Shown piece after piece: positions 51,819 to 64,000 of a stretch of DNA of 64,000 nucleotides (positions are counted from its first letter, which is position 1; each line of letters starts with the position of its first letter). Position numbers and translations under genes: made by a program. Source of the DNA: Antedon mediterranea. Its lineage: Eukaryota; Animalia; Echinodermata. A model generated the notes under the pieces. The model was not told the DNA's origin. It saw only the letters and a program-made list of their open reading frames with translations, and searched no databases. Where the stretch lies: NCBI RefSeq assembly GCF_964355755.1, contig NC_092675.1:11403812-11467811 (forward strand), given 5' to 3'.

Positions 51819-52454
51819 CTTGCTGCTCCCTACCGATCAATTTTCATATATACGCTTACATGCTTCCTTAATTTCAGTCATTGGTTTATGTCAATGGGTA
51901 AACTACTAAAACTTAGTATGAAGCATAATTGTCATTAAACGTATTTGATTATAATAAAGTCAGAGTACTTTTTTCCAAAAGTCCAAGCTTCTCAAATCCA
52001 ATATCATGAAAGACGTTCCCCAATAACTTCTTTATTATGTTTACAGTGTCCACCACAATGTCCACTGAATTATAGCCTGGTCTACAGTATATCCACAATC
52101 GCAATGAGTTCTTCTCCATCTCTATATTATATTCTCATACAGTATGTTTTCTTCTTTAGTATGTAGTGAACAAGAACTGAGATTTCGGTGCTCCTTGCTA
52201 GTTACATGTCTAGCTCCCTACTGTCCCTCTCCTTTGTCGTCCTTCCACCACAACTCCATGATTTGCATTGCATCATGATACTGTTCGACACTTGTACGCA
52301 TAAAATCGTCACAACTAATAATTGGACAGTTTTAATAACTGTCAAGAGTGATCAAACTGGGAAAAACTAAAATGTCTTTTAATCAGATTATTTGTTTTTA
52401 TTTTTAATTTAAAAAAAACATTTTTAGTATTTAATTTTTTTATATTATTTTAAG

Positions 52455-52651
52455 AGAGGAAGTGAATAGAGAAAATGATGGGTCGCTAAGGAAACAGAAA
52501 AAAAAACCCAGACCGAGGAAAGAAACAGAAAACTTGAATGAGGTTGGTAAAGTAGTGGAAGTGGAACATACTGATGATGAAAATGCAGATGAAAATGAAG
52601 AAGAACTTGAAAGAAAAACAAAAAGAAAAAAGAAACGAAGAAAGAAAAAAG
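52455..52651 (+). CDS. AHI1: Jouberin (AHI1) coding exon (acidic/basic)
   Basis: TTTTAAG| EEVNRENDGSLRKQKKK...KRKKKRRKKK |GTTAG. Phase 2 in and 1 out match the exon ending 20558 and the exon starting 58841. Confidence 0.78.
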
Positions 52652-53549
52652 GTTAGATTAGTATACATAATTATAATAATTGAAAAAATGAAGTACAGTA
52701 TCTGTTCCCACGATACAACATTTATTTTTATTTATTGTCTTAAATGTACGTTTTATGGTAAATTATGATAAAAAGAGAGAAACAATGCACACCTAAGTAG
52801 CTCGGCCTAGCTATGCTTATGTAGGCCAGCTGGTAAACATTGGTAACGTACGAACATCGTACACTAGCTATAGGCCTAGCCTAATGTATAGTTGCTACAT
52901 TAATTGTCTTTCTGTTTTTGCCAGAATCCGTTGATACAAGTTGGGGGGTGGGGGGAATCCTGGTATTTTAATTGAAATTTAGAGTCTTCCATTTGTTTTG
53001 GCCTCACAATCGATCAAATAGTGGGTGAATTACAGAAGAAACAAGAAAATATCAATCTGCGCACAATGCATGTTGGGATTTATAGCGGGCTGCTTAAATT
53101 ATTAGAGTTTAAAGACGAAAAAAGTTATCTCAATAGGACCATATAGTGTTTATTTTTACATTAAATCTAGTTTGTGACCTTAAACTAGATCTAAAAAATG
53201 TAGGGAATGGGACTTCAAAGAACTATTAGGCATGTGTCAATTTGGCATTTAAAAAATAATTAAGAAGGTAACACTTAAATGTGCCTGCAAGCACGTTAAT
53301 TCACTTAACCGTAACTTAAAAAAATGTTGATTTCGTATGAATGGGATGGTAAATATGAAAAAATAAAACGCAAAACACTTTACTCAAACCATGAAAATGG
53401 TGGCATAATGCCCGATATTCGTTCAATCACTACAAGGTAAATGGATATTTGAATTATATGACCCATCACACGACCATGGTAAATGGAAGCCACGATTGTA
53501 TTATTTGCAAAGAATATGTACAATTAATTTTTAATAAAATTGACAAATG

Positions 53550-56045
53550 TTGTTTGTTTGTTTCTTTATTTCCATTCACAACAAAAAAAAACCATTAACA
53601 TACATAAATATTCATTACAAAAATGAAAGAATGGAAAGGGGGAATCTCTGAAGCACAGCTTATAAGTAGAAACTCCCTGTTACAAAACAGTTTATAAATA
53701 GTAATATGAAAAAAAGGCACAACGGCATAGGCAAACAAAATGTAACTTTTAAGAAAAAGAAAAAAAAAAAGCAAACAAGTTTCTTGTTTTTTTTTTATCT
53801 TAAAAAAAAAGATTTCTCAGAGAGTAAGATGTAATTGTAAAAAGAAAAAAACCTGTTCTAATCAGAGTATTGCAAAAGTAATTTATTTTTGTATTTTATT
53901 TTAAAAGTTATAGGATTCTTAAGTAACTTAAGAGTCTCAGGTATATCACGCCAAAGTTCAACCCATTTACTAACTAAACTTAATGATTTTTGAGTGGTTC
54001 TTTTAAATTGTGGGTAGAAATGGTGTTTTTGTCGCGTGTATTTATCGTGGACAGCTGAGCATAAAATGAAATTATTTTGAACAATCACTGGGAGTAAGTT
54101 ATGAAAAGCTTTATCCATTAGAGAAACGGTATATAGTTTTATTAAATTATAAAGATCAAGAGGTTAAAAAAAATTAAAAATTGGTTTACTTGGACTGGTG
54201 TATGGGACTTTCATAACAAGTCTGAGTGCCTTTTTTTGTAATATGTATAAACAATTTAAATTAGTTTTAAAGGTATTACCCCAGACTAAACAACAATATG
54301 TAAAATAAGGCAAAACTAATGAATTATATAATTTAAATAAAGCTGATGTATTTAGTAAATGTTTTACTTTATAAATAATTCCAATACTTTTAGAAATTTT
54401 GGAATGAATATATTCAATATGATACTTCCAATTTAGTTTTCCATCAATAATAACTCCTAAAAACTTTATTTTATTTACCCGTTCAATTGCAACACCACTA
54501 ATAATTAAATTGGTTGGTTCATAATTGTTTTTGCGACTATAAACAATATACTTTGTCTTACTATGATTCAACGTCAATTTATTTACCTTAAACCAAGTAT
54601 CAATTTTGTTTAGCTCATCATTAATAATATTACAGATACATTGCAGGTTCTTACCAGAAAAAAGTATATTTGTATCATCAGCATAAAGCGTGTATTTCAA
54701 TATGGAAGAAGCATTACAAATGTCATTAATATATAAAAGGAATAAAGTGGGCCCCAAAATAGATCCCTGTGGGATGCCACATAAAATGTCTGCTAATTCT
54801 GAGGTGGTATCACCACGTATTGTCACAAATTATTTTCTGTTAGAAAGATAATTTTGGATCCATTTATTGGCAATTCCACGAATACCATAAGCTTCAAGTT
54901 TTTTTATAAGGATATTGTGGTCGATGGTATCAAACGCCTTTTTTTAAGTCAATAAAAATTCCGATTGTATAGTTAGACCTGTCCATCTCTTTAAGTATAT
55001 ACTCGGAAAAGTGAAGCAATGCATGGCTAGTGGACATATTTTTCCTAAAACCAAATTGTCCTGAGTATAGAATATTAAATTTGTCAATAAATTTCAACAG
55101 ACGGTTGTTAAATAATTTTTCAAAAATTGTAGAAAATTGGGGCAGCAAGGAGATCGGTCGATAATTTGAAAAACTACTTTTATCCCCAGCTTTGAAGATG
55201 GGAACAATTTTTGCAATCTTAATGGTATCTGGGAAAATACCAGTCTCAAGCGAACGATTAAAAATATGTGTCAATGGCTCACTGATTTCGTATATAATGT
55301 GTTTAACTATTGACATAGGTACGTCATCATGTCCGCTGGAATTTTTAGACTTAAATAAGTTCACTTCTGTAATTAATTCTTCTTTGGAAGTGGCCTCTAA
55401 AAAAATAGAATTTGGAATACGTTTTTTAATATAATCATTGGGACTATCACGACTTGGAAATTGACTTGTTATTTTTTTGGCTAGGTTAGGTCCTACGGTA
55501 GCAAAAAAAGTATTGAAACCATTTATAGTATCAACAGGATTATCGATAAAATCTTTTGGCAGATTTCCATAATTTCTTGTTTTAATCAGACCATTTATGA
55601 TACTCCAAGTACCCCTAATATCATTTTGTTTTAATAATAATAAGTTATTATAATATTGTTTCTCAGCATTTCTTAGAATATTTGTTAGCTTATTTTTGTA
55701 TCGCTTATACTTTTTTGAAGACAGTTGTGTTCGATCTTTAAAAAAATGTTTATATAGATTATTCTTCTTTTTACATGCATTAATTAGGCCAGGTGTGAGC
55801 CAGGGTTTTGAATTACTTTTTTGTGTCAATTTAATCTTTTGGGGAGGGAAATATTTATTGAATAGGTATATAAAGTTACCATTAAAAACATCGTAAGCAT
55901 TATTTGGATCTTCTTCATTAAATACACTGTTCCAATCAGTGCAACGCAAGTCATTTTTTAAAGCATTCACTTTAACCTCAGTAAAATATCTTTTAGTAAT
56001 ATATTCATGTGCAATACTTGGCGTAACATTATAATTAATTGACAT
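53550..56045 (-). mobile_element. 5'-truncated CR1/L2-group (Crack-like) LINE with frameshifted RT
   Basis: KPWLTPGL, NYRPISLLPQFSTIFEKL, GIPQGSILGPTLFLLYINDI, YADDT and FLGVIID. AATAAA followed by an (AAAC)n tail at about 53550-53570. Confidence 0.9.
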
Positions 56046-58840
56046 AGATAATAATATTCTATCTAGTTTACCTTCTTTCTAAAGTCAATGTCTTACATGT
56101 ACATGTTGCTCCTATTACCTGCAATAAAGCTATGAAGAAGTCTTTATGGAGAAACAAATCAGTAGCCTTTAAAACTGTGTGATTTGGGTATATTGTCCTT
56201 GATGGTTATCTAGCCTCTGCTGATACCATACGTCAAAAGTTATTGAAGTTATTTTACTAAAAAAGATACGAAACCTCACACAAGAAAAAACTGCTAGACC
56301 ACAATTTAATTACAAAAGTAGCAAACTATGTAACAAATCTCCCATACAAAAAACATTGCAAAATATCAAAACCAGTGAAATAAAAATAAAATGTAAATGA
56401 ATAAACTTAACAATTCATGTTTCCGCAGCAATGTGTTTTTCGTTCGATTTTTGTCCACTTTTTAATTTTATCTCTATGTATAAAATATATAAAATATATA
56501 ATACACCACTAAAAATAATATAGTAAAGTAAAGTCTAAAGTTCCATATCCACTATTGCTTTCATTTTTTAGCCTACATCTTTTTTAAAGTGAAGGGATAG
56601 TGTATAACAAATCAATGGCCATAAATACAGTAGTTTCGAATTTTATTCGTGATTCAATTTGTTTTTATTTTTGTCAAAGTACTTTTATCAGAGTGCTGTT
56701 TAATTGTACTTGCCCATGCAAAGTATATAACCACATATTAAGGAAGAAAAAGACTGTGGAGCACGGGTTACTGCTAGTAATAATAATTAAATTTAAAGGG
56801 GGATTCTGGGTTTAAAATTGCTTTTAAATATCGTTTATTTATTTAATAAAAAATATTCTAACAATATAGACATGTCAGAATGAAGAAGTAATAACGAGAA
56901 AAAAAAATTCCAAACTCGCGACGTCATGTACGTTGTGTTTGTCAACTAATTTACATCTCTCTCCTCTGTCAAACGACTACCACCCGATCATTGTGAATAC
57001 ATTTTTTGTAGATTTTCTAAGCTAGGCCTAAAGTGTAATAATAACAGTAGTAGCATATGTTTATTTGACATTTAATGAAATACAAAATTTAGTACAGATG
57101 AATCATGGAGTCATAAATTATACCCATGGGCCTAGCTAGCCTACTGGACGGTTGGCCCATAAATAACAAAACTCAGTGGATTCCAAACCCATCCTATCAA
57201 CCAAACTCCTAAACAATCTAAACCTAAAACAAAATCTGCTGTAAATATTGAGGCAAAGCAAGTTCCGATTGCCGTCCGCACGTATGGTGTCCCGATCGTA
57301 TAGTAGGCCTAAACTAGTTTACTTTCCAAAAAAGCGGACACTGCATCAAGCAAGTAGACCTAGGCCTAGCAGTAGGAAGAAGACCTATAGCCGATCCGGC
57401 ATAGTTAAAAATTGAGCTAGCTATTGTAGTAGACCCTATGCGAATTGATACTACCAGGCCTTTTACGGCTACACTTGTTAAAATTAGCAATACTTATGTT
57501 TACAAATATTCCAACTCTCTCATTCGAGCTATATTATCTATACCATTCCAGTAGATCGAGTCGACCTTCAATCAAATACTGTATATCGTTCATGTTGTGA
57601 TTATAGACGGGTATACTCAACCCGACCAGTTTGGTATTGTATACTGTACTTATCATGTGACGATGCCAGGCATGGGCAGCAGAGAGCATGTGTATCGTCG
57701 CCTCGATCGCTGCTCAACAGGAATGTACAGTATACGTTACGCTTTATTGATTTTGAAGGCTTTTCCCCAAGTCAGTGCGAAAATCGACAATACGTAAACT
57801 GAATTGCCAAATGATTTTACACAATTGTGATGAATTTTCCTAGAAAATTGACTTTATAAATGGGAAGACCGACTAAAATTACATCAGATAAGTATAATTT
57901 TACAAAAGTACTTGATATGGTTAATTAACGAGTCGTCGGAAGATTGACCATTTCACGAATTTCATATTCTGTAACCACAGTGTGATTTTGCCGTAGCTGC
58001 ACTTGTAATCTGGCCTCATTTCCTGGGCGCTTATATAAATTGAAACTTTTACTGTTCAAGAGACAAACAAATATATTTTTTACTATTCATTTTAAATTTC
58101 ACGTAAAAAGTGTATGTATGCATTACCTTTTTGGTGTTGCTCGACCTATTGGTTGTGATTGACCAAAATGTGTTGATTTCACATCTTTCTGAAATTGTTT
58201 ACATTAGCAATAGTGTACTAAATCCTAAACAATTATCGAAACAAGAAAAACAATAGAAAATTTAATAAAACAATAACAAATGACCTCAGGGTATATGAGA
58301 GCCGAAACCATTGACATAACGCATTCCCTCTTGTAAGTAATTATCATGTGTGTTCCTGCAACCTGCCAAACAATCGTGTAGGCTTACAAAGTGGAAACAA
58401 AATACTGCCAGTCAAGTAGCGTAACAAAATAAACACAAAAACAAAATAAAGAAAATAAAAGTAATGACTATTTCCGTAAGAGATTTGTGTAATTTTTTGC
58501 AAACGTCTTGATGTAATTATTTTATTGATGTGTATAAATTTAATGATTTAATAAAAAACAAACAGTGCACTATTTAAAAAAAATTCTATTCTCAGCTATA
58601 ACGCCATCTTGTTATGTATTGTATTGTTCTAGCCTGCGAAAATCAATGAAGCGTGTCTCCTGTTTCTGCTGTACTATCATCATGAATATTCATTTACTGT
58701 CTTATGAATAATAACGCAATTAATGAAATCCACAAGGCTATGCATAAATGAAAATCATTAAATATGCAAATTCATTTCTGTTACATTTTTTAGTTCTTGT
58801 TCATGTTAAAAATTTCATTTGACTATATATATCTTTTCAG

Positions 58841-59018
58841 AAGAGGCGGCAGATGAGATAGACAGTAAGCACATTGAGTATGATGATAATGGACAAATGA
58901 TGGGCATCTATGTACATCGTAGTGATCGTTTAAAGACAGATCTTTACATTGCACACCCTCTTGTAAGAGTCCACATGGTTGACATTGATACTGGATCTTA
59001 TGTAAAGAAGTCAAAATT
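58841..59018 (+). CDS. AHI1: Jouberin (AHI1) coding exon, start of the conserved C2-like region
   Basis: MGIYVHRSDRLKTDLYIAHPLVRVHMVDIDTGSYVKK matches the vertebrate AHI1 [28 protein letters not shown] as I recall it. TTTCAG| acceptor and |GTAAGT donor. Confidence 0.93.
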
Positions 59019-59031
59019 GTAAGTAAGCATA

Positions 59032-59879
59032 CCGTATATTTCGGTGTATAAGTCGCACCTGTGTATAAGACGCACCCCCAACTGAGAGTAAAATATCGGT
59101 ATTTTTTATATCGTCGATGTATAAGACGCACCTTATATTTCATCAAAACAATGTTTTTTTAAATTGTAATCAATATTATTGTAATAATATATTTTGTTAT
59201 ATCTACAACGGCGTCCTTTATTTAGGTTTTTTCTTACCTAGGCTCGGCCGCGCCCAGCCTCAACAAGTTCTTTCTAACTTGTTATTCATGAGTTTCGCCG
59301 CAACATCGAGTGCATGACCGTGTGTGTAACACGCACGTGTGTGGGCTAGCCTCGCTCGATCATTTCGAGAGGGCGCACGTTTTCACGGACAATCGTATTC
59401 GATTAGTATCTATGTATCCGAGAAGTGTGTACACTAGGTCCATGCTATAATCACCTGGAGAATATACTAGTCGAATACCGTACACCATGTGCCACTAAAA
59501 GAAGGGCTTGCGCTTGGGGTACGGCGATCGTGCGTATAACTACTGTATAAATAAATACTATTCCAATCGTAGGACGTAAACGTTTACAAATGATATTTTA
59601 TCGGAGCGCCATAATGAACAAATCTTTTCATCATATTTAGTATAACATCATGCTAAAATGACTTGAAAACTAGGCCTAGGCAGAAGCAAGTTGCCGTTAC
59701 GTTAGTTAGTTACTGTAGCTAGGCCTAGCCTACTCAGGCTTAGAAAACGAGGTGACGATAGCCTAGGCCTATGTACAATCTGTGTGGTGAGGCATTTATG
59801 TTCGGTGTATAAGACGCACCCTTAATTTAGAGGTCAAATTTGCGTGTCAAAAGTGCGACTTATACACCGAAATATACGG
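59032..59879. mobile_element. pogo/Tigger-like MITE just downstream of a splice donor
   Basis: TA|CCGTATATTTCGGTGTATAAGTCGCAC ... GTGCGACTTATACACCGAAATATACGG|TA. Confidence 0.92.
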
Positions 59880-61141
59880 TAATCACATTGTTCACATGTT
59901 ATTATTCAAGTAATATTCAAATTATACAATTAATTGATTTTTATTTAAATCTTTTCAATATTCAAATTATTAATTTTGTAGTGATAATAAATTTTAAAAA
60001 AAACAAGCAGGCTATAATAGTAGTTCCCTACATTTAATTGCAAGCTATATAAACTAAAGTAGTAGAATACTGCTGCAAGTCTACCATTTGAAGCCATATC
60101 CAGGTCTGCCCTTACATTGCACTTCATTATGTATACCTACTTCTTCGTAAAAGTCCAAACCAGCAGGTATACATACAGCACAAGTTAAAGAACTTGGTAC
60201 AAAAATAGTAGGGTATCATCTCCAAGGACGGATCTGGCCTCTTGGCCTGACACTGTCAAAGTCCAATTTATAAAGACCTGCCGCTGGATGCTTCTGCAGA
60301 CTTATATTTTGTTTCACATTTTAAGGTATAATAAGTCCAATTTTCGGGAACCTTAGCAGCTCCATTTTAATCATGGTGGGTTGATTCTGTAGACTAAATA
60401 TTTTGCTTCATGTACAAATGCAATTTCCGGGGACCCAGCAGCTCTATTTAACAACAACAAAACTTTTTTCCTTAAAAATTTTCCAAACAAACATTTTTTG
60501 GGCCTCATTATAGTGGTTATCATTTAAAATCAACCTTTCAAATTATTTTAAGCACATTTAGTGAAATTTTATTTATTTTTCTTTTACTGTGTTCATTTAA
60601 GATACCGTAGTTTAAGGGGGAGGCTGCTTAATTAGCCACTAGCCTTGAAGGCTATGTGACTATCTGGCTTCTCCGAATTGCCAAAATTAAAAAAAATAAA
60701 ATATGAGTAAGTATACCCCTGACTTACCATTATTGAACACAAAAATGTTATCTATTGTTAGTTGCTCATGTTTACCGCCGGCAGAAAAAATAGGCTATGA
60801 TCGATTTGGTGTTCGCTAGCGCACTCAATAGGTGTCATTTCAGGTGAATTAGACGTGCCATTTACATGAATTGCCATTTGCCACAGCCCCCTACCATTGG
60901 CTTAAATACTCAGTCATGGAAGTGCCCTTTTCTTGTGGGACACCCCCCCCCCCCTTCCTTTTGAAAATGTCTATATCTGCCCCAGGTCTTCTGGTGTGCT
61001 TATTTGGGTTGTTGCTGCACTACTTACTGCCGTGGAGAGCCTAATCTGAATTTCCCCAGTTCGAGGAAGATAATGAGTACCTTAATTTCTAAATGTGTAA
61101 CAAATATTCCCAAAGATATTCTTGATTTCTTCTAATTTCAG

Positions 61142-61237
61142 TGACCGAGCAGTAACCTCATACTATGAGAATAGAAATGATAAAGTGGATTTTATCCTAC
61201 CTATGCTAACTCAACCATTTGAATATAAGAAAAGGAA
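61142..61237 (+). CDS. AHI1: Jouberin (AHI1) coding exon
   Basis: DRAVTSYYENRNDKVDFILPMLTQPFEYKKR, compare RPVSSYYE...VDYILPIMTQPYDFK. AG/GT boundaries, phase 2/2. Confidence 0.93.
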
Positions 61238-62161
61238 GTAAGTATAGAGTTGAATGGGAATCAGTCAAGTAATTCCTTTCTAATATTCATACATTTTAAA
61301 TGATATTTTTCTTGTTACATGAACAAAAAGTGAAAAAACTCATCCAGTGTTTCATGCGTTGTCAGCGATGTTATTGCTGACAACGGCCTTGGTAAAGTCA
61401 CATGATGTTCTGTGGCTTGCACCCTCTATTGCTGAATTGATTCAATAATATTCATACCTATCACACCATTGGATTGTTTTCTTCCTTGTTAGGATAAAAA
61501 ATGTATTGGTTATAAAGTCAAATGTTAAACATATCTTAACATTTTATTTATTTATTTATTCTGTCTTTATACTGAATGACACTTTCAGTGCTAAAGCATT
61601 GATTTCCAAAGTGGTTCAGTAGAGAAACATTAACAGTATAATAAAAATAATTAGACAACTGACAAAGTAATTTACGTTAGTACACACACATTTACAAAAA
61701 GGTAACTATCTACAAAACATACAGTATATATAAAAAACATGGAAGGAATTTAAGGTAAAAGATACTATAGATACAGTAATATTTGTAAAAGTTGAAAGTG
61801 TCATAGATTTATAGTTTGTTTTTGTGTCATTTGAAAGTTTGTTTCATTATTTGTTATTGCTGTCCTGTAAAATTATTGATTTCCTAACTCAAGATGTGTA
61901 TAAGTAAGGTCCGGTTTTGTGAACGTTAACTGTAGAAAAACGGTGACACATCTTGAGTTAGGAAACCAATAATTTTATGGGACAGCAATAACATTAGTTC
62001 ATGTGTATAAACAGAAAAGAGAATTTCAGCTCGGCTCAGCTCAGTGAGAATGCTGAAAGCAATAGATTTAAATGAAGAAGATATCATGTAGACTACTTTT
62101 ATCCACACTGCTATAGACCTCATTCTATTTTTACTACATCTAATAATTCATTTGTATTTAG

Positions 62162-62264
62162 ATCTATGATTCCAAGTTGGGAAGAACTACTACTGCTGAA
62201 TGAAAGTTACCAATACCTAACCTGTTGTAAGGAGGGATATCCCAAAGTAATTGTGTTTTTTGAA
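62162..62264 (+). CDS. AHI1: Jouberin (AHI1) coding exon; the gene continues beyond the window
   Basis: SMIPSWEELLLLNESYQYLTCCKEGYPKVIVFFE |GTGAGT, compare LPEWEEQIVFNE...PKVILFFE. Confidence 0.93.
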
Positions 62265-62297
62265 GTGAGTACAAGTGTACACAAATATGTCATAATA

Positions 62298-63082
62298 TAC
62301 AAATAATGAATGTTTATGAGTGTAATGATATAAATAATGGCATGAGGTGAATGATGAAGGGTTATATATCAATGAGGCAAAGCCGAGTTGATAGTTAACC
62401 TTTCATCATTCACCAAATGCCATTATTTGTACCATTACACAAATATAAAACATTCATTATTTGTTTTATATAACATCTAAATAGATTCCTGTCATTTAAA
62501 TCAAATAAAAAGTAGCCTTAGCCAAAGGCCTACAGTTGATTCACAATGATTAAAACAGTAACATTTGGTTTTTAATAATATTATATTAAATGTTATATTT
62601 ATATGGATTTTATAAACACACCTACTTTAATGTTAATTATATCAACAAATGATCAAACAATCCTATGCATAGAAAGGCTAAAACGCCTAGGCTAGGCCTA
62701 ATAGTAACAGGCCTAGGCTGAAAGGCAAAACTGACAACTGGAACTCATCTAGGCTAATTATGTTTTTTCCAGCGATTCCACCTCTTGTAGAGATGTTCCC
62801 ATTAATCAAAATCCTACAAAATGATCTTTTTGATCTAAATTAGTACATATATTTTTCCAGAAATGTGCTTCCATCACGAAAAACCAGTCATAACATTCAA
62901 ATCGCAGTGAAAGTAAAAAATAGGTGGCGCTGTTGTATTTAAAAAACAATAGTATAAAACAAAATATTTTCCCAACGCCAAAAAAAATACTATTAAACGA
63001 TTGTTTAATAGTGTGTACTATGCACGCCATGTGACCCACATTCGTCCAATCAAATGACGGGAATTTATTTAGGTGTTATAAA
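62298..63082. repeat. Element with a large hairpin followed by an inverted-repeat pair (family unclear)
   Basis: CAAATAATGAATGTTT / AAACATTCATTATTTG and GGTGAATGATGAAGG / CCTTTCATCATTCACC arms. ATAACATCTAAATAGATTCCTGTCATTT (about 62470) mirrors AAATGACGGGAATTTATTTAGGTGTTAT (about 63051-63078). Confidence 0.55.
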
Positions 63083-64000
63083 TAAATTATGTATACATCA
63101 GATGTAAAGATGAAACAATATTTAATTGTTACCATTATTTCTAAACTATACAGCATACAGTGCCTTATAATTTTATTTTTAGATTTTAGACTTTGTAAGC
63201 ATGAAATCTGTGAATGGTAAATCACGCACAGTTGCAAGGGAAGGGGGATGGCATCGTGTTGCTTGGGCATTTTTTAAGGTAATGGGGTTTGAAAATTGTT
63301 AGTAACAGTAATTTAAAAGTAATAGTAATTTAGACTTACTTATTGCAGCCATTTACAATGCAATGTATAAAGTACTGTATGTCAACAATCTTGTCACAAA
63401 TTCAATTTTTTCTTACTGCCAGTTAAGGGTCATTCCATCTCAGATCACCCAATGAGTTAAACCCTACCTCTTCCAATTTTGATGAAATTTGGTATATGGG
63501 TGATTCATAGCAATTAAAGCGAAAATTTCAAATTTTAACTTTATCGTACCAACGGTTTTCGAGATATAGCAATTTAAATTTTCGGTTTTTACGCAAAAAA
63601 GGGCGCGTCCGCCACGTTTCAAAGAGCTGTATCTCGGGAACTATAGGTTCGATTTTAAAAACAAAGGTATTTTTGTAAAGGGGAGACAATAAGGAATCTA
63701 AATATACTAATTGTGTGTGTTTTATGTTAATTTTAAGTTGAATAAAACTTTGACATATATTTTGACCTTGAAATTGACCCCGTGGAACACGCCCGATTTG
63801 TTGATGACCATCACGAAAAATGTAGCCCTACGTGTCAACTACAACATATAAAAAAATTGGAGGGGTTTTTTTCTTTGTTTCCATGAAATTACAATTTGAA
63901 GTTGACATACCTCTTCCTTTTAGTGTATTTTTGGTGTCTGTCCATGCATTACTTCAATGTCAATTTGATGTATTCCAAAAATAATTTTATTTACAAACTA

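Noticed and set aside
35427-55896. Plus-strand ORFs overlapping the transposase and the LINEs (35427, 35994, 36384, 40741, 44597, 55192 and others)
   Set aside because: They are antisense shadows of real minus-strand coding sequence.
63424-64000. Possible TIR element starting at GGGTCATTCCATCTCAGATCACCC
   Set aside because: No partner end is visible inside the window, so it cannot be supported.

Overview
AT-rich animal genomic DNA with spliceosomal introns. A marine invertebrate, possibly an echinoderm, is my inference only. The one clear host gene is the 5' part of AHI1/Jouberin on the + strand: 7 phase-consistent coding exons from 17670 to 62264, continuing past the window. Almost everything else is transposon-derived and deeply nested. 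(1) Upstream of AHI1, 5902-16630 looks like a 1.5-kb tandem array. It resolves into seven Helentron-type non-autonomous elements (HINEs) inserted inside one another, each in the T-tract just behind the previous element's 5' hairpin, and the 7 heads and 7 tails pair last-in-first-out. (2) The 31.9-kb third intron holds a 22-kb stack of three Academ(X)-type elements, each with a 3-bp TSD. Inside the outer Academ sits an RTE-X-like LINE, and inside that LINE sit an intron-containing hAT (6-bp TSD) and a Helitron. Many MITEs and other LINE fragments fill the rest. All calls were made by eye; no database searches were run.
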